The notes: generated by a model from the sequence alone, not told the origin. Counted from the first letter of the stretch, positions 40,718 through 56,055 are shown. The stretch is 64,000 bases of DNA from Chrysomallon squamiferum (GCA_012295275.1 CM022665.1:27528001-27592000); one strand, 5' to 3'. Numbers and translations are program-made.

Positions 40718-43700
40718 TTCTTAATTGGTTTTTCTGTAATTACTTTGTTCTTATTAAATAATAATAAATTTATCCAAGGAATTTTAATTTTATTTCTGTT
40801 TCATTGTTTCCTTTTTCTAAAGCTTGAAGATCAGTTAAGATCTTACAGAGAGGAACTCCGAAAAAAAGATGCACTCATACAGCATCTTGCAAGGTAACAG
40901 CAGTTATCTATAATTACTGATTTACAATGAAAATTGTAATAATTATAATGTTGGCGATTTTCACTAAGCATTTCTGACCAGATGTGTTAAAACCTTTATT
41001 AGTATTTTGTTTATAATTTGTTATATATTTTTAATTGATCAAATCAACATTGTTATTTTGAAGATATTTTGTATCTGATTAAGTACCTTTTTATGACAAA
41101 ATAAAGTAAAAAAATTAAATAATGCTAATTCTTACCAAAAAACTCCCAAACAACTAGTTGCTGAATATGGAATATTATAAATAACTTAATTACTTGATAA
41201 ATAATTATTTCTTATATGGAATTATAGATCTATTATTATTTCAGTGTTGATTCTGGTCCTGTGATACATCATACTCCAGATATGAGGGTAAGAATTTACT
41301 GATGTTAATGAAAATATTTTAGCTATTTTCTCACTCTCCATCAACTAAATCCACAATCATTTATTAACACCATAGAAAAACTTCATTTTCTCCTCCCAGT
41401 TCCCCCAAAAATTCCAAACTAGTATTACTGATTATGCATTCTATAAATTGTTTCAGAAGGATATCTTGTACTAGCAAGGTAATAATATTCTTCAAATAAT
41501 GTTTTATTAGGTGATAAAAATAATACAAAGTAATAAATAAAAATTATTGAATATTAATGTATAAAAATAATATTATTATAGTTGGACAGTTTATACCAGA
41601 CAGACAGAAATGTACTGGAATCAACACGTGGTGATTTGACTGCACTGCAGGTTAAATTTGACAGAATCTCTTTACAGGTGAGTGGAATATCTAATTGATA
41701 AATCTAAAAAAAAAAAAAAAAAAAAATTAAAATAATCAATATACTGACTTTAGGTTGAAATTATTCTGAATTTTAAAAAGTAAATTTAAATAATTAAAAA
41801 TTTGAATATATTTGGCTGAGTGAGATATGTAGTATAAAATTAATATTGATATAAAGTAGTTTATTAATTTAGAAGGTTATAGGAAAAGTTATGAAATATC
41901 GTTTGGAAAAATGTGTATTTCAGATGTCAAATGATTAAGTAAAAATTTGTTAAAAATTAGTTTTATGATATTACTGTGAAAAATACAAGTTATTAACCTC
42001 AGGTTTAATAAATATTTCTATTTAATATTACGTCTTCCATCAATATTATGTTCTGAAATAAAAAATCAGTTTATCATCAATCTTATATTTTTCTAGCTTA
42101 GAGATGCAGAACACGAATTGGAGTCAAAAACAATTAAAATAAAAGAGCTGCAGGCTATTGTGGAATCTAGCAGAGCAAATGAATCAAGGATGGCAGAGCT
42201 GGTGCAGACACTGAAAGACAGGGTGAGAGAACTAGAGGACAAGGCAGGATCCTATGAATCTGTGGCAGGCCGTAGTGAGCTTGCTGTCCACTCTCTGCAA
42301 CAGGATTACAGAGACCAGCAGGACAGAATACAAGAACTGGAAACCAGGCTAAGGTAATGCTCAAGATCATTTTTTATAAATTGGTATCAATATTATTAAC
42401 TCTTTTGTTTGTTTTTAAATAAAGAGTCAGTAATGCTGAAAACTTTTATAATTATTTTCAGCATAATCAATCATTATAATTTAAAATTTATTATTATGAG
42501 TTTGTCGTATATTTTATTTTGGATTTGAGATCAAGGTGTTATAGTGTGTTGCCATTATATATTACATCATCACTATTCAAATTTATACTTACTTATTTGT
42601 GTTATAACGTTTATTTTAAACAGAAGATTAAGATCTTAAGCCCAGTGCACTAAATTAAGTTAGCAAAAATTAAGATATTAATTAACATATTTGCGATGAG
42701 ATTATTCACAAATACATTTATGATGCACAGCAGACATGACCTCTAGTGATACAGTAGATTATCAAGTGTAATAGTTTTGTTGTTTTTGTTTTAATGCAGA
42801 AAACAGCTGGAGGAAAGAGAAATGGCAGAGTCTCGTGCTAATTCCACTGAGAGGAAACTGGCTGACATAATCTCACAAATCAGTGGACTTCTACGAACAG
42901 ACACATACCTTGATTTGGACCCTACTGACATCTCTGCTGATATTATCATCAGAAAAGTAATTTCTCACTTTCATAAAATATCTACTGTACAAATTATGTA
43001 AAACTGGTTTTTAAATTTATAATTTGGTTTAAAGATGTGAGGGATTACAGTATGCCTCTTTTCATTTATTATAAAATTTAAAATTTATTGTCCATAAACT
43101 TTGTTAAAATCCAGTTTAATTAAATTATATTGTTGTTCTTCTGTAATGGAATTAAAGGATAATACTAAGATAAAATGATGTACACATCTTAAGGGACATT
43201 ATTTTAACTTTATCATTCTAAAACATAACATTTTAACAAATGTTTTGTAGTCCAGTTTGAAGGTGTCAGGATTCAAAGAAATAGATCTTAAAATAAATTA
43301 ATATACTCAAAATGTATGTCTTGGCTCTATCAGCTGTTTAGCTCTAAACAGTTATATTGATAATCTCATTATTATTATTAACCTTGTTTCAGTTGACTGA
43401 CTTGATGCAGGAGAATGCCATGTTGAAGGGCAAGCTGCTTAATCTAAATGATGCTTTAACCAACACAGAACTAGAGACAAAGGCCAGCAGAGAAACCATC
43501 ATGAGACTTGTATCAGAGGTTGGGAGAGAACAAAAAGTGGCCACTAGATACACAGCAGAAATTGAAAACATCAGGATGGTATGTGTTTTCTGAAATACTG
43601 GAATCTTAACGGACTGTAGGCTTAAGAACATTATATATAATATAAACAGAAAGTAATATTGCAGTTTTGATAAAAAAGAGTAATTATACTATAGAAGTTT

Positions 43701-46700
43701 CTTATTTGTAAAATTGGTTTAATTCTGAATTGGGGATATAAAAAAAAACACTCCCCAGAACTTCATCCCAGTCTCCTGTGATGACATAAATAGTTTCCAT
43801 AGCCTTATGTCTTTCTGCAGACAAAAGAGGATAACTAATAGAGTAATTTAAAATAATTATTTTGTAGGAAAGAGATAATGCATTAGCAGCAAAACGAGAT
43901 GTAGAACGAGAGATTGACATAATGAAGGAACGACTGGAAGCTACTCAGAGATCTCTTGAAGCCACACAGCAAGAGCTGGAACTTCGCCAAGGACGCCTCA
44001 GTCATCTTGATCGTGAAGTTCGTGAGACTTCACACAGCATACAGAGTACATCCACTCAGTACAGCTTGTTCCGAGAACAGATTGCTTCATTGTTGAGCAA
44101 TGCCTACACAACTGTGCCACCCACTGAAGATAACATCAAGGATGCAGTTAGGAATCTGATGCATAATAACAAAGAACTGGAACAAGTAAGATAATTTACT
44201 AAAACTAGCATAAAGGAATTGGAAAAAGTTTGTGACAAAATATCAGTTGAAAAAAATTAAAAATGTGATTTACAAAAAGACAAAAACAAAATCTTTAATA
44301 TGCATTTAAAATATTAAAATAATAATGTTTCTTGGTAGTTATGATATGAATCTATATATTTTATGTCTAATATTGTTTACCTGTTGGGAGTCCAGAAAAC
44401 TGTATTATTATTGTAAAGCCATTCATTAGAACTGTTTCTTCAGCAAATTGTTCAAGTTTTTTGTATAAGTATATTCAAAATAGTTTGCTTGGAAGTTTTT
44501 TTATACATTTGTTCAAAAGACTGTTTCACTCCATTTAATATTTCTTTAACTGCATTAAAAATATTTGACTCCAAAGTCTCTACATGAATAATAAAAAAAA
44601 TACATTTGATTTATAGCAAGCAGATTCTCTTGATTCTCGAGTGAGAGTTTTGTCAGAACAGCTGGAGAACCAAATACAACTGCAGCGAGAAAGTAACCTT
44701 CGTGCCAAGCAGGCTGAGTCTGAGCTCATGGACATGCAAGGTCGCTTGCGTAGCGCCGAGGGTGAACTGGCTGCAGGAGATGTCCTCAGAGATGGCTTCA
44801 GGACAGACAAGGAGAAAGTGAGTTTTCAAATAACACTGTTAAAGTGAAGGTGTTAACTAATAGTTTAAAACATTTGTATTCTTCCATTGTAATTTTATGT
44901 TTTTAAAGCTTATCTGATACTATATGGTATACTTGTGAGAGAATGAACAAATACAGATTATATAACTTCATGTTATCTTCATATATACTCGACAGTCACT
45001 GTTGTTGATAATAAAGTATGACATTAAAATAATAAACTTCTGGCACTATCATTTTCACTTTTTCATAACTTCATTTCAGTGCAGAGAAATACTTGTAAAA
45101 ATCTTGTAGCAGTTTAGAGAGAACATCCTTTCTAGTTATTTGTTTTTAAAAAGCACCACTGTTGAGTAAAAAGTTATATTTACATACATATACTGACATA
45201 TATATCTAAAGGATCTTAACTATACAACAAAGTGTATTGTTTTCAGTACTTGAGACTGCTACAAAGACTGGGAGAGAAGATGAAGATGGATCGTATCTCT
45301 GCTGACCTTGGCCTGGACATGACAATGGATGCTCTGATAGCCCGAGCTGAGCAGCTTGTTAAGCTGGAATCAGATACTCTGGCTGGCCGCAGCACTCAGA
45401 TCTACAATCTCCAGAGGAAAGTGAAAAGTCTGAGAGAACAACTGGAAAGCAAGGAACTGCATATTGACTTGCTGAGAAAGAAAATTGCCTCCCTGGAAGA
45501 ACGTCTTCACGAACGTGGAGATATGCTGAAGGAACGTGACTGTGACTCTCTAAGGACAAGGAAACTGGAGAAGCTTGTTGATAAGTACAAGATACAGCTG
45601 AATGATGCCCGACAAGAGCTGATGAATGTGAAGGCTCAGTTGCTTGGATCCAAAGAACTACAGGTTAGTGGTAGTGTGTTTTGTACTGTTGATCTTTAGA
45701 GACATATAGTTATTGACAGTGATGTTCATTTCCTAAGTGTAGTTTTTACATTTATTACATTGTGTGTGTCTGAGAGAGTGCCATCAAATGTTATTTAATG
45801 GTGAACTTCAGACAGACTTGTTGTTGCAATCTAGTGATTTGAGATCCATTTCATAGTGACAGTATTTTATAAATTTCTTTAATTTATATTATGTATGTAT
45901 GGTATTTCTCAGTTTATAAATCATCAGTTTTGTTATAAATTATAATATATATTTTTAAAGATGAGGACTATAGAACAAAGAAAAGACATAGAAGAACTGG
46001 CCAAACAAGTTGAGGAACTTGAATCTGTTCGACGTCGACAGATTCACAAGATAAATGAACTGAAGAATGAATGCAAAGATCATGCATCAACATTCCAGGA
46101 GAAACAGGTGGTCACAGAAAATGCTGTACAGGCTTTGTCTAGTGAACTTCGCAGCACAAAAAATACTCTAGACATAATACAGCAGAGAGAGAAACAGGTA
46201 CTTACACTTTGAGAGTTTGTCTTGAATATAATATACATATGTACAGATAATACTTTATAGCAGTTTATACAGAATCATGCAACAGTATGACTCACATATT
46301 TATTATTAAATATTCAGTATAATACAACAGAGATACTGGTACTAACAGTTGTTTAAATTTTTTTTCTTACCATGACATTATAAAGCTATTTATTAGAGAA
46401 TCATTTATTAGAGAATGCATAAAATGAATGTATTTCATTTTGTCCTTGGATAGTGTGAGTAAATATAAAAATTATAATACTGTAGGTTATTTTAAATGTA
46501 TATATTTTTCTTACATAGTGCTTAATAACATTAACACCTAATGAATTTTAATAAAATGGATCTGATATTGTATCAAACAAAATTAAGTTGGAGATATATC
46601 TAATATCTAATATAACAATCCTTAAAAAACAATTTTGATCTAATTTACTTTAAGTTACTTGACTTCCGCAATGTGGTGTCACGAATGCTTGGATTAGATG

Positions 46701-46993
46701 TGAACACACTGGCAGTGCCTGACTACGAGATCATCTCTCGACTGGAAAAGCTCATCCAGGCGCACCACTCACAGGTCTTCACAACAACAAACCTCGAAGA
46801 AGCGCTTGCCAGCATGGAGGATGGCTTCATCAGCGACTACGACACTTCGCATCATATTGTGGAAGGCACTGATCCTCTTATCAAACGCTCACGGGAAAGA
46901 TCGAGGAGGAAAGCTGAGAAAGCTCGACTCAGAGCAAGATCTCTGTCTCCTAAAAGACGTGTCCATATGGCTATAGACCCACGAGCTTATTAA
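39658..46993 (+). CDS. CCDC170: Coiled-coil domain-containing protein 170, 845 aa
   Basis: Exons 39658-39873, 40823-40893, 41245-41287, 41582-41677, 42097-42353, 42800-42956, 43393-43578, 43868-44185, 44617-44817, 45247-45663, 45961-46197, 46655-46993; phase-consistent, 2538 nt. Long coiled coil with the CCDC170 signature blocks ELETKASRETIMRLVSE, LESKELHIDLLRKKI and MLGLDVNTLAVPDYEIISRLEKLI. Confidence 0.9.
41457..41478 (+). CDS. Candidate 22-nt alternative micro-exon of CCDC170
   Basis: ttgtttcag|AAGGATATCTTGTACTAGCAAG|gtaata with a branch-like actgat upstream; open (RRISCTSK) only when it replaces exon 41245-41287, which has the same 2-to-0 phase. Confidence 0.4.
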
Positions 46994-47589
46994 CAGGTGT
47001 TACAGAAAATCTAAATCAAAATCATGGCTTTAGCACAACTATTCTATGAAATATTTTGTAATCATGATCATTGCATATTTAAAAAGAAAAATTCTGATTT
47101 TATTAGCTTTGTATTTGAAGAGAATGTATTTCAAAGTCAGCTATTTTTGTAAAGAAGAAAACAGATTTTTATTCTGTTGGCTCTGATTAATAAAATTTAT
47201 TAATTTGACTCATGAAATTTAAAAATAGATTCAATACATGTTTGTTATTAAGCAGCTGATTTTGGAAGTTAATTTTAGTTTGATCCAAAATATAATAAAT
47301 TCACATTGTTTAATCTAAATCTTTAAAGATATCCTTATATAATAACTTCAGTTAAAGTAAGTAAATTAAAACAATAAAAGATTTCAGTTTGATACAAAAG
47401 TAACATTGGTTTATGAACTGGGGTAGAACTGAATTCAAGTATATGTATATATATTTTAACTGTTTTTTCAAAATTTTCATTTTAATCTTTTAATATATGA
47501 CATTTTGCTTAATTTTTGTAAATTAAATATGAAAAGTGATAATAAATTTATAATATTATAAGGCATAACAAGAATGCTAGATAGCTGTA

Positions 47590-47620
<31 letters not shown>

Positions 47621-48941
47621 AGTAAGTTCTGTGATATATGTTCTATCATTCCATATTAGTTTAGATTCTGTATCATTTTAATTACTAGACATTGTATTAT
47701 AGTTATATGATTATTACAGACTTTAGTGTAGATGAAGACTGTTTTTATATATTTTTTTTATTTAACTTTATAACATATTATTTATTTAGATGTACATCTG
47801 ATTACTCTGTCATTATTGCTGTTTAAAATATAAAAAAAATATTACTGTTAGATGAGCATTAACACTGCGTTACAGTGTGTTAAAATATCTGTATGAACAT
47901 ACTATAATTTATTTAGATGTTCATTTTAATTCTCTATGATTTTTACCTTTTAAATTTAAACAAATTATTTACAGATAATGATCAGCAAGACTCTTATAGA
48001 GTTTGTGTTTTTTAAATATATACTTTTTGTATATGTAATATCATACAAATACATTGTACATCATACCTTTTATTGTTATCTTGTGCCTTTAGTACAGTTC
48101 AATATATATTTTTAAATTGTATATTCTTACCAATTTTTACTTTTACTTGTATCATTTCTATAGACATATTAATATACATAGCCCAATCATTTTATAATGT
48201 TTTATTTTTTTGATTATTGAAATGTTAAAAAATAACAAGAATTCCAGACTATATAACAAGAAACACAAAAGTGTACTTTTCATTTTTCATGCACATGATC
48301 TTAATACTTTTCATATACTCCAAGTTGCTTTTTTCATTTGTGGTTAGTGTCAACGTTTGTTATTAATAAATTATAACCATAAAATAATGACATTCAGAGG
48401 CTGCCATCTTACCTTTTTATTGTGATGTAATTTTTTATAAGAAATTAAAAAACAAAAATTCTTGATACATTGGCAGCAGTATAACCTATGTCATTTTTTT
48501 ATTTGTTTTTTAATGTTTCTGTATATGAACAGGTTTTATAAGAAATTGTCAGCCATTGTTTTATTATTTTGTTTTCATTTTTACTATTAAAAAACACTGG
48601 TCATGGAAAATGAAGAAAATGGACGTTTCTGTGTACGTATGATGTATTTAGGCCATTTGTTCATGTTATCAAATAAACATTTTTAATGACGATTTTATGT
48701 ACAAGTCCTTTAATTCATTTGTACTGATTTCATTTTGACTAAGAATTATTTACAATACTTAAAACTTATTATAATCTAAATTATTTGCAGTTCAGAAGGC
48801 CTAATGTATTTATTCCAGTTTGTTGGGGAGGGGGTTAAAGAAAAGCAGAAAGAAAGAAAAAAAGGAAAGAAACCTGATTGGCAAGTTTGAGTGATTAATA
48901 TTGTTTTCATTTTTTTATTATTATTATTATTATATATACAT

Positions 48942-48975
<34 letters not shown>

Positions 48976-50359
48976 TTTATTTTTTTTTTTTTTTTTTTTT
49001 TTTTTTTCATCAGAAGGTGCAAATTGTTGTATTTGACTGAGTCATCATTATGGATCTCGAACTAAACGCGTTTTGTTTTAAATTGAAAGGATTTAAAAAC
49101 AAAAAACACAACAAAAAAAATTATATATATATATATATATATTTATTATTTTTTGTTTTTCTTCAGATAAATGTATTATTTTGTTAATGCGCTACATAGT
49201 TTATACTTACATATATTATGTAGAAATGACTCTCTTTTTTTTTTAAATTATTATTTGTACGTATTAATATAATGTTTATATAGGTATATCTGTAGATACC
49301 ACGTATCGACTATAAAATCTGTTTCACTAAACGATCTTAGTTTTATTCTATTAGAAATAAGTGTTTATTTTATTTTATTTTATTTTTCAAGAACATTTAT
49401 TCCACTGATCATTTCGGCAATTTAACGACTAAATTTGAAACAAGAAACCTGACGATAAATAACTGAAGTCACATGACAGTTACGTGAACAACTTATCCCG
49501 ACCATGGAAATGTATGATTTTCCGAGCGTTTTAGCGAAATTAATGGAGCAAATTACCGTGACAGACATAAAAATTTATCGAAATGGCGAATTCTGACTGG
49601 TTTAAACTTATTTATAATTTTATTTTTTTTCTTCGTGTTTTTATTTTGTTTTGGAGGCAATTTATGTATTACAACTGAGTTAAATATTGTTCTTTTCGTT
49701 TATTTTATATAACTCATTTATTATTATTATTATTATTTACTTTTTTTTGTTGTAAATTTTATTACGTTATCCAGCAATATTTCTATATTTGTTTCTTCCA
49801 TTTGAACTCAAGTTTTTGTTGTTGTTTTTTTTAATTCCGATTTCTCCAACTTTTTTTAACTTCAGTAACATTTAATTTTCTTTTGTCAATAAATTTTTCA
49901 AAGTTTCCCAGTTCTTGAGTAATTTATTATAAATTTGTTACATGGATGTCTATTATCACAAAGATTCAAAAACAAAAACAAATTTATTATTTAAAAAAAA
50001 AAAAAAAATTAAAATTGCACGTTTCATTCATTTATTTATTAGGATTATTATTTTATAATTTAAAACAATTATATACAGTAATTAGTATCATTTTATATTT
50101 ATTTACAAAATATTTATTCAAATATATTAAAACCAACAATACTTCTCTTATGTTTCATTTAGATGATGTCTCATTTTAAATGATTGTGTCTATTGTATGG
50201 TTCAGTGGTATTGTGAATATTAACATCTGCCTTTAATATGTACATGTCATAGACACGGTGCTTTAATCTTTTTGTTTTCTTTTCTCTCTTTTAATTACTG
50301 AGATAAATTATTTCTAGCGTATTCTGTGTTTGTTTTTTTTTTTTTTTTTTTTTTTTTTT

Positions 50360-50397
<38 letters not shown>

Positions 50398-50762
50398 GTT
50401 TGAATTGTTTTCTTAACCACGTTTTGTTCAGAAGTGGAAGAGGGGGCCTTAGGTATCATGCAGATTAACTGTCCTTTTGTATGAAATCCAGTAGACAGAA
50501 CAGAAGTACTTTATAGGATTTTTTCTGAGAAAAGCATTGAATGAAATGAAAAAAAATATACAAATTAAATGTAAATAGGCTTTTAACATAATATGATGCT
50601 TTATAAATAAAATAAAATAAAATAAAATAAAATAAAATAAAATAAAATAAAATAAAATAAATAAATAAAGATTCGCTTTCTACACTGGGATTTCGGTAAC
50701 GGATTGTCGATGTGATCTTTAACATCCATATATTAAATCGTTAAATAATTATTGATATTTGA

Positions 50763-50799
<37 letters not shown>

Positions 50800-51649
50800 T
50801 CATAGACAACACATACCATGGTTTTTATTGCACATGTCGCGAAGAACTCACTAAAACATTTGATAGTCCTGTGAAGGCGACGAAGAGGATTAGTCATAGA
50901 ACTTATCACTTCTCGTTGTTATTCTGTATTTATAGATAAAATCACACCAAGTCATATTTATTCTGAAACTAAAAATCGTTCACATTATTTGATCACAAGT
51001 GAAAATGATCAGTGATTTTGAAACAAAAAACAAAATGCGGTCATTGTTTGTTAAATATCTTCTTTGTTTAGTTTGGAATTTGTAACATCTTTCAGCTGTG
51101 AACGTATTTAAAAATATAGTATAAGATATGGGTTATATAAAATATGACAAACACGTAAAAGTGATATAAAAATTATTGATCTTATCATTTCTGAAGAAAA
51201 GACCAACAACCGTATTAACCTTTGATTATAAACGTGTTTTTTTTTTTGTGTGTGTGTTTTTTTAAATGTTTTTTTGTTGTGTTTTTTGTGGGTTTTTTTG
51301 TGGGTTTTTTCTTTTTCTCACAAGTTGTATTATCTTTCAAACAGCGTTTAACGTGCGATTATATAAAGTAATATAATATGTTATTCTTATGTTAAAGCAT
51401 AAACTGTTTAAAAACGTACGAACGGTAATGTAAAATAGATGCAATAAGAACTAATAATAATAATGGTAATACGAAGAACAGCAACAACAACAACAACAAT
51501 AATAACCAGTAATTAGAAGAAAGGATAAATTATTGGATAAATAAATATAACTTCGTTTGTGCATATGTGTGTGTGTGTGTGTGTGTGTGGATCCATAATG
51601 GAAGTGACTGGGATGAACTATTACATATATATATATATATGAATATGTA

Positions 51650-51680
<31 letters not shown>

Positions 51681-52083
51681 TACACACACACACATGCATA
51701 TATTGTATCGATATCGTAATGTGACTATGTATAATACTTAGTGTACTGCAATACGCGTGATAATTATTCACCATGCTAATAGAATACAATACAAATCATT
51801 TACATAATTTGACGTCAACAGATTCATTACGTCACTCATATTAATTTTTGTTATATAAATTTCAATACTCGTAATGTATCCACCTGAACTGATATGAAAT
51901 AACCGGCCTGCAGCTACAGATATGTGTAATTTACCATTGCGTGTACTTCTCTCAGAATACTGATCAACTTGTTACGTCAGAGAATGAGATCAGTTATAAT
52001 GAGTTATAATAAAAATGTACGTGATTAATATTATTATTACTGATCATAAAAGGCTCATTAAAATGAAGAATTTTTATTTTATT

Positions 52084-52170
<87 letters not shown>

Positions 52171-53089
52171 TAAGTGAGAAGAAGAAATACAGATAGTAGT
52201 ATATCACACTGTATGATGGAAGATTTTCTATACGCGTTGTTTAAATCTTTCTTTTTAATTTCCAGTCCATACACATGGACATTTTAAAAATGAATTACTT
52301 GTTTTTTTTTAGCGAATTCAATTGCTGGTTAATTTATTTATTATAATTATGATAGTGCTGCTGTTGTAATTATCAGCACAGTCTGCATTAATAATGATTA
52401 TTAATATTGTTTATTGTTGTTGTTGAAGTTATTTTTACTGTTGTTGCCGTTATTATTAACAAGGGAATAGGGAATACCATTAGTACGTTAGCAATAACGA
52501 GTTAAAATTAATTTCATTATATATGTAAACATATGTACATACACACACACACACACACATATAAAAGAAACAAATATTGTACAAGATCAAAAAAAAAAAA
52601 AAATAATAATATATGCGTGTGTGCGTACGTGTTTGTGTGTGTTACAACAACAATAATAATAGTAATAATAATAAATGAATGAAACAGAGAAGGGGAGGAA
52701 CTGACTTCGCCTCTTGCAAGATTCGTTCGCGTGAAGGCAGAGTCTCAAGTGATGAAAATTACTGTTTCTAATACTGATTTATTCATGAATAATAAATGAA
52801 CCGGTCAAGTCAAACGAGGTCAAAGGATTTTCAGATTGAATTAAATCTCTTATTATGAAAAGTGATAACTTTGATTTAATTATGGCGAGAAAACCATTCT
52901 GTTACTTGAAGAAAATCAAATATCACATGTTGTGTCTCAGACGTTTATTTGATGTGAACCAGTTATTACATTTTTGGAACTCTTGTTAAGCAGAGAGGAC
53001 ACTGGGTGAAAAAAGGTAGAAGGAAAAACAAATCAGCCTCTTCAACTACGTAATGAAAATAATAATGTTAACAAATAAATACATGTAGA

Positions 53090-53120
<31 letters not shown>

Positions 53121-53929
53121 TAATTAATAATGCAAAAAAAAAATAAAGAAATGAATAAAGAAAGAAAGAAAGAAATAAAGAAAAAAGAAAAAAAAAAAAA
53201 AAAAAAAAAAAAGAAACAAAGAAAGAGAAAGAAAAAATAAAGAAACAAATGAAAGAGAGAAAAGAAAGTATTTAGTGGACTGTTTGTCACCAAACTGGTT
53301 AACTAGCTCATTATTACATAAAATCCTAGTGCTGTTTTATTTATTTCGGGTGACTGCATCCATGAAGAAACGTTTGTACAGTCTCCGTCTGTCTGTCTCT
53401 CTGTCTTCTCTTTTACTCACTCTGGCTCTTCTTTCTCAGTCTCTCTCTCCCCTGTTTCTCATTATCTTCTTCTTTATCTTTATATATACCTCCTCCCCAC
53501 ATACATAAACATACATACACAATACATATACAAGCACCAGTATTCACGTCTATAAAAAAAAAAAACACACACAAAAACAGCACATATATTTTTTTTTTAC
53601 TTAAAATATATCTTATACGAAAAACGAAAGAAAGAAAGAAAAACAAATTAAAATCACAAATAAAAAAAATGTAATACAAAAAATAAACAAAAATACAGAA
53701 CATAATGACAAAAACTACATTTTAATAAAACTAAAATTTGGTATATAAAATTCTAAAAAAAGATATAGAGATCCTGTAAAACAATACATTAGATAAGCAA
53801 TTTTATATATTTTATGGTTGTTTTATTGAATGTGCAGTGTTGATAATGTAACATATGGTATAGTATTCTTGTCATTATTACTCGATTATAACTGTACTTT
53901 TATGCGAAATTACAAGAGACAAGCAATTT

Positions 53930-54360
53930 GTTATTTCACAGTAGTCAAACTAGAGAAGTACAGTATAGTGGGGTTTTTTTTCTTATTCAGACTAGATACC
54001 TGCAGTATAGTGTTAATTATTTCATAGTCAAACTAGATTACTATAGTATGGTCAAACTAGTTACCTACAGTACTATGTTATTTCATAGTCAAATTAGATA
54101 CCTGTATAATAGTATTATTTCATAGTCAGCTTGAGAAGTGCAATATCGTACTATATCAAGCAAACTATAGATCTGCAGTACGGTTCTATTTTATAGTCAA
54201 ACTAGAGCCCTGCAGAATGGTGTTAATTCAGAGTCAAACTATAATCCTGCTGTGTGGTATCATTTCGTAGTCAGACTACAGACCTGCAGTATGGTCTTAA
54301 TTCGTAGTCAGACTACAGACCTGCAGTATGGTCTTAATTCGTAGTCAAACTCGAGTCCTG
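53930..54360. repeat. 37-bp minisatellite, about 11-12 diverged copies
   Basis: Unit like ATTCGTAGTCAGACTACAGACCTGCAGTATGGTCTTA; two adjacent near-identical copies at about 54263-54337, more decayed copies toward 53930. Confidence 0.85.
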
Positions 54361-54684
54361 TTATTCCGCGCAATTAACCAGATAAAAGAATTCAGCTAAC
54401 GTTAAAATAAAAACTTCTCTGGGAATACTGTCTGTGCAATATTTGTATTAATGAACGCCTGCATAATAATGAAGATCTCTTTGTTGAATATATGATTTTT
54501 AATTTAAGTGTCAGCAGTTTTGCGTTAACCAAAATAAAGAAAACAGTTAGTGAAAGCCAAATCAAAATGCTAAATGGATTATGTTTAGCCTTTCGTTCAT
54601 CCAGTCTTTGTATTTAATGCAATTTCAGTCTAATTCTGTCTTATTTATTTTCGCAAGACCATAATTAATTTTACTCTTGAAAAA

Positions 54685-54738
<54 letters not shown>

Positions 54739-55404
54739 AAAAAAATAAGGTGACATAAGATATTTGTATGTAAAGGCAAATATAGATATTCAGGACAGGT
54801 TAGGAGCATCATATATTTTTTTTTTTTTTTTTTTTTTTTATAAACGGTTGAATGTAAGTTTCCAGTATAAATAAGCTTCATTATGCAGAAAACAACAACA
54901 ACAAGGAACGGACAGGGTTACGGTGGGGTGACATGGCGAGCAAGCGTTACGTCTTCTGTAACACGTATGTTTGATCAAATATCTTCAGGCCACCTTTTCC
55001 CGTATCCATAAAACCAGGGGATAGAACCCAGAACGTACCCGAATTAAAATTGACAAACAGTAATGAAGACTGCGACATCGAGGCCGCCGTCGTCGTGTTG
55101 ATTTACAATACAACAACAACATCGACATAAAGAGCTTGTTCCGGGCTGCTGTACTATGTGGCTGGAGGCGGTGACGTAATCGTGGAATCCGCCAGCTGGC
55201 TGACTAGCTAAGACACAAAGACGAAGAAAATAATCTTGTTGTACACGTCTCGTATAAATCAACAGATCAAACGATGCGTTTGTCGCCTGCTAAATCCGTG
55301 AAAAATTATATCAATTTATTGTGTGTGTGTTTTGTCCTGCATTTTCATTGTTTTTGTTACTTAATCGTGTCATTGCTTAATGAACTAGCATTTATCAAAT
55401 AGTT

Positions 55405-55422
55405 CGTGTGTGTGTTTGTGTT

Positions 55423-55506
<84 letters not shown>

Positions 55507-56055
55507 GATGGTGTAAGAAAAAGAACAGTAACTCAGTTAAAAGCTAATTCACATTAAATTATTTAATATGTATGAACATATGTATGTATATGTAGATGCA
55601 TGTATTTATGTATATATGTATGTATGTATGTGTGTGTGTATCTATGTCTGTATGTCTGTATGTATGAATGAATGTACGTATGTATGTATATATGTATGCA
55701 TGTATACATGTATGCTATGTATTTGTATGTATGTATGTATGAATACATGTTTTAATGTTTGGATGTATGTATGTATATATGCATATATGTATGTATGTAT
55801 GTATGAATGTATGAATGAATATACGTATGTATACACACACACTAACACACATATTATTTATTAATCTGATGAGTAATGCACAGCCATATGTAACATATCT
55901 GAAAAAGAAAAACAATAACAATAAAAAATAATAAATAAATAATAATAATAATAACAATAATAAAACATGATAGTTCATTATAATAAATTTTAAAAATATG
56001 TGACACAAGAGTGAACCCACACACCACGTGTGACTAAAGTATATCGTACACAGAG

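Noticed and set aside
53930-54360. CRISPR-like array (37-bp partly palindromic repeats)
   Set aside because: Units are head-to-tail with no unique spacers, no cas genes, and the context is eukaryotic.
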